Positions 61,531 to 64,000 of a DNA stretch of 64,000 bases are shown piece after piece. Position 1 is the first letter of the stretch, and each line of letters begins with the position of its first letter. The notes below the pieces were generated by a model, which was given only the letters and a program-made list of their open reading frames with translations, had not been told where the DNA came from and made no database searches. The translations under genes and the position numbers were made by a program. This DNA comes from a virus: the IMG/VR virus record IMGVR_UViG_3300029822_000003, positions 1 to 64,000 of that record; one strand, written 5' to 3'.

Positions 61531-61993
61531 TGGTATGCAATTACTTTAGTGTGCAACTGCATAAATCTCACTTTACTCGTTGAAATATAATAATTGACTA
61601 TATATAAAAATAAAGGGTGGTATAAGATTGCTTTTATAGTGTGCAACCTTAGTAAGTATCACTTCCAAAATCACATTTCAGGAGGAACTGAAAATCAATC
61701 TTGATATTAATGCTGGTTGTATGCAGTTTCTTTTTTAGTGTGAAGCTGTAATAAATATCACTGTGAACAAATTCAAATAAAAAATCAATAAAAGGAGTAT
61801 GTTATAACGTGAACAACGCTAAAAGCTGTATGCCTTTCGGCTGGTGACCAGCTATTATTTATAGTGCTCCTGGTCAGTAACACTCATTAAGATTATAGGA
61901 GACTTTATACAAGTTTGAAATTTGCATTGTTATTGCTTTTATTAAGGCAATTTGCCTTTGGTGACCGTATTTATAGGCTACGGTCAAACCCTT
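61531..61993 (-). ncRNA. Pseudoknot-CCA RNA array, proximal cluster (units at 61531, 61618, 61714, 61842, 61928, 61959)
   Basis: Three related AGTG..CACT units, two UGACC..UAUAAAU..GGUCA units and one weak unit. Confidence 0.75.
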
Positions 61994-62090
61994 TCTAAAT
62001 TGGAAGATTAGAAAACGAACAAAATTAAAATCTACACAGTATCCCTGCTGTGATTACCACCAAAAATTAATTATCTTATCTACAATTATT

Positions 62091-62132
62091 ATTGTACTCG
62101 ATATTGATGAGTTATGCAATAGATATCGAGCA
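62091..62132 (-). promoter_or_regulatory. sigmaA promoter for the RNA locus, with two operator copies
   Basis: TTGCAT-17-TACAAT; TACTCGATAT 62095-62104 and ATATCGAGCA 62123-62132. Confidence 0.7.
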
Positions 62133-62329
62133 AAAATAAAATATTAGTACAAGCTTTTTTATTTTTTAAAATATTACTTGAATCCAGTTTTATTTATTGT
62201 TCGTGTTTTTAGACTTTTGCAGAGTGAAATTTTGTATTAGCATATACGGTAAAATCCATTTCACTCGAAAATATACGAACATTATTACATTATTTTGATT
62301 TATTGTTTATGTTTTACTGTATATTTTGA

Positions 62330-62357
62330 ACTTCGCTAAAACATTATTTAGCGAACT
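62330..62357. other. 28-bp palindromic recombinase-type site, copy 3
   Basis: ACTTCGCTAAA-ACATTA-TTTAGCGAACT, touching the terL stop codon. Confidence 0.7.
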
Positions 62358-63898
62358 TAGTCTGGGATTGTGATGCTAATATTATTTGGTTTTCTAAACC
62401 TTTCACAGCCATAACGCAAACTGTCGCACGCATCATCATTGACCTTAACCGGTTTTGGCAGTCTTTCCCCTGTCTTCTTATCTTTCTCCCATTGATAGGA
62501 TTCTAACTCATTCTTTAGTCCAATACAGCTTTTATCTACATACATACCACGCTCTTGTATCCATTCTATCCCTTCCATTACACTATTAGTTCCCTTAGTG
62601 CAAGCCCTAATTCCATTAATTCCTTGTCTTTTCATTTCTTCTATTGCTTCAGGTCTTGCATTGTCTGCGTATATTTTTATGTCATTGTAAGCTGGGCCTA
62701 TAGAATTTTGTATCTCCCTTTCTATGTACTTCCAGTTTATATCCCGCTCATATACTTTTTCTCTCTGAAATATTTCTAGGTTACATGCTTTTGCGTATTT
62801 TTTTTTAACCAAATAAAATAGTTGCATACTTTTTGATATATCTGAACCACTATCTATATATTTTTTTAACTTCTCAATTTCTTCTTTTACCCAAGGAAAT
62901 ATCTTTTTTAACTCATTTGCTATATCTATGGCTGTGAGCTTAGGCTTATACAATTCTTTTAGAATATATAAATCATCATCCTTTATGCCTATCTGATGGA
63001 ATGCTGTATGATGTTCCCATCCAAAATCCAATCCATAGGAAATATCGTCATACCAAGATAAATCTTTGTTGCAGTCTATTACTTCCCAATTTTCATATAT
63101 AAGTTCACCAAGTACGCCCCAGTTTCCGTTGCACTGTACACCATATTTTCTAGGGTTGCGGAGTTTCATTTTATTTCTAAGTTTTTCATCTTTATACTGG
63201 CCATTATAATATTTGTTGTCTCTCCAAGTGGTTTTTAATATAAACGTGTTCTCTGGTTCCAATACATTATCTTTCCATATTTCCTCACTCATATCTATTC
63301 CATTTTGAAAGAAGTATGTACGAATCCAATGCGTTTTAAATATAGGGTTAAACATCATAAATACTTTTAATTCCTTACCCCAGGCATGGTTGCCTGGCGG
63401 TGTGCCCCTTAATCTATCTTGTATATCTTCCAAGTCTTCTTGTGTAAAGTCTGTTACTTCTTCTAGTACAAGTACATTTACATTATCAATACCCTTCAGC
63501 TTTTCTGGATTATCATATCCGGTCATTCTTATAATAGAGCCACTAGCAAATTTAATATGTTTTAGAGTTCTGTTATAAGTAAAGTCTCTGCCCTCTACAA
63601 GACCATGGCTTGAATGAATATTTTTAAAATACTTTGTCATTATATTTAATATAGGAATTTCAACTGTGTTTTTTAATGTGGTTGCATACTTTCTAGCTAT
63701 GAGAATATCAAAAGTAGAATGGCATACACACATTTCAATTAGTTTGGACCATATGCTGAATGACTTACTGGAACCTGTGCCCCCATAGAATATATTATAT
63801 TTCTTAGGGATGTACCCAGGTTCAAACATAAATCTATATTTTTCGTTTACATAAGGCCGCCGCAGCCTAATCTTCTTTTTTATCTTCATCAGTACCAC
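62357..63898 (-). CDS. terL: Terminase large subunit (PBSX/SPP1-like)
   Basis: YGGTGSSKS, LEEVT, FNP, GLDFG, YADNARP, DDACDSLRY. Confidence 0.93.
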   Translation of the reverse strand: MVLMKIKKKIRLRRPYVNEKYRFMFEPGYIPKKYNIFYGGTGSSKSFSIWSKLIEMCVCHSTFDILIARKYATTLKNTVEIPILNIMTKYFKNIHSSHGLVEGRDFTYNRTLKHIKFASGSIIRMTGYDNPEKLKGIDNVNVLVLEEVTDFTQEDLEDIQDRLRGTPPGNHAWGKELKVFMMFNPIFKTHWIRTYFFQNGIDMSEEIWKDNVLEPENTFILKTTWRDNKYYNGQYKDEKLRNKMKLRNPRKYGVQCNGNWGVLGELIYENWEVIDCNKDLSWYDDISYGLDFGWEHHTAFHQIGIKDDDLYILKELYKPKLTAIDIANELKKIFPWVKEEIEKLKKYIDSGSDISKSMQLFYLVKKKYAKACNLEIFQREKVYERDINWKYIEREIQNSIGPAYNDIKIYADNARPEAIEEMKRQGINGIRACTKGTNSVMEGIEWIQERGMYVDKSCIGLKNELESYQWEKDKKTGERLPKPVKVNDDACDSLRYGCERFRKPNNISITIPD

Positions 63899-64000
63899 CT
63901 TCTACAGCATATTCAATGTCATCGTCCAAGGTATCTGCACTCTTTTCTGCAAGTTCCATCTTCCTACGTTCAATATCAAGTTTAGCTTGTGTAGGCTTAT
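63867..64000 (-). CDS. Probable terminase small subunit, 3' end only
   Basis: Open frame KPTQAKLDIERRKMELAEKSADTLDDDIEYAVEGGTDEDKKED overlapping the terL start. Confidence 0.55.
   Translation of the reverse strand, partial: KPTQAKLDIERRKMELAEKSADTLDDDIEYAVEGGTDEDKKED

Noticed and set aside
61531-61993. CRISPR array
   Set aside because: Units are not identical repeats, spacing is irregular, and no cas genes are present; conservation is structural rather than sequence-level
60131-61993. HDV-like (theta), twister, pistol or hammerhead ribozymes next to a tRNA
   Set aside because: Units have only two stems; I could not find the P3/L3 element or the catalytic consensus of these classes
62680-62905. 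Intein in TerL
   Set aside because: Too short and lacks N-terminal C/S and C-terminal HN splice motifs
732-63578. Numerous opposite-strand ORFs in the track (e.g. 8578-9009, 33944-34447, 35772-36350, 2223-2711)
   Set aside because: Antisense shadows of well-supported genes, with no RBS and atypical composition

Overview
AT-rich window from a large temperate myophage of a clostridial-type host (inferred from composition and gene families). It appears to be a phage-plasmid: it carries a ParM/ParR/parC partition cassette (0.7-2.0 kb) and a RepA_N initiator with internal iterons (54.6-55.4 kb). Almost all genes are on the minus strand. The morphogenesis module runs terminase, portal, MuF, HK97-type protease, capsid, neck, sheath/tube, chaperone, tape measure, baseplate and fibres. 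It is split by three accessory islands: about 19.6 kb between TerL and portal, 6.8 kb between MuF and protease, and 9.6 kb between chaperone and tape measure. The islands hold two sigma factors, four antirepressor-type genes, a RelE-type TA pair, a methyltransferase, a RemA homolog, a TnpB and many small ORFs; a second TnpB lies at the left edge. The most striking feature is a promoter- and terminator-bounded non-coding locus at about 60.1-62.1 kb. It holds about 11 sequence-diverse 33-49 nt units that all fit one H-type pseudoknot with an A-rich loop, ten ending in CCA. They are interspersed with tRNA-Tyr, a tRNA-like element and anti-Shine-Dalgarno spacers, and form a candidate decoy/antitoxin-mimic RNA array. 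Other signals are dif-like 28-bp sites at module borders, a shared 10-bp operator at four island promoters, antisense RNAs in both ORF6N leaders, and likely recoding at the portal-MuF and chaperone junctions. All calls come from reading the sequence by eye; no searches or folding programs were run.
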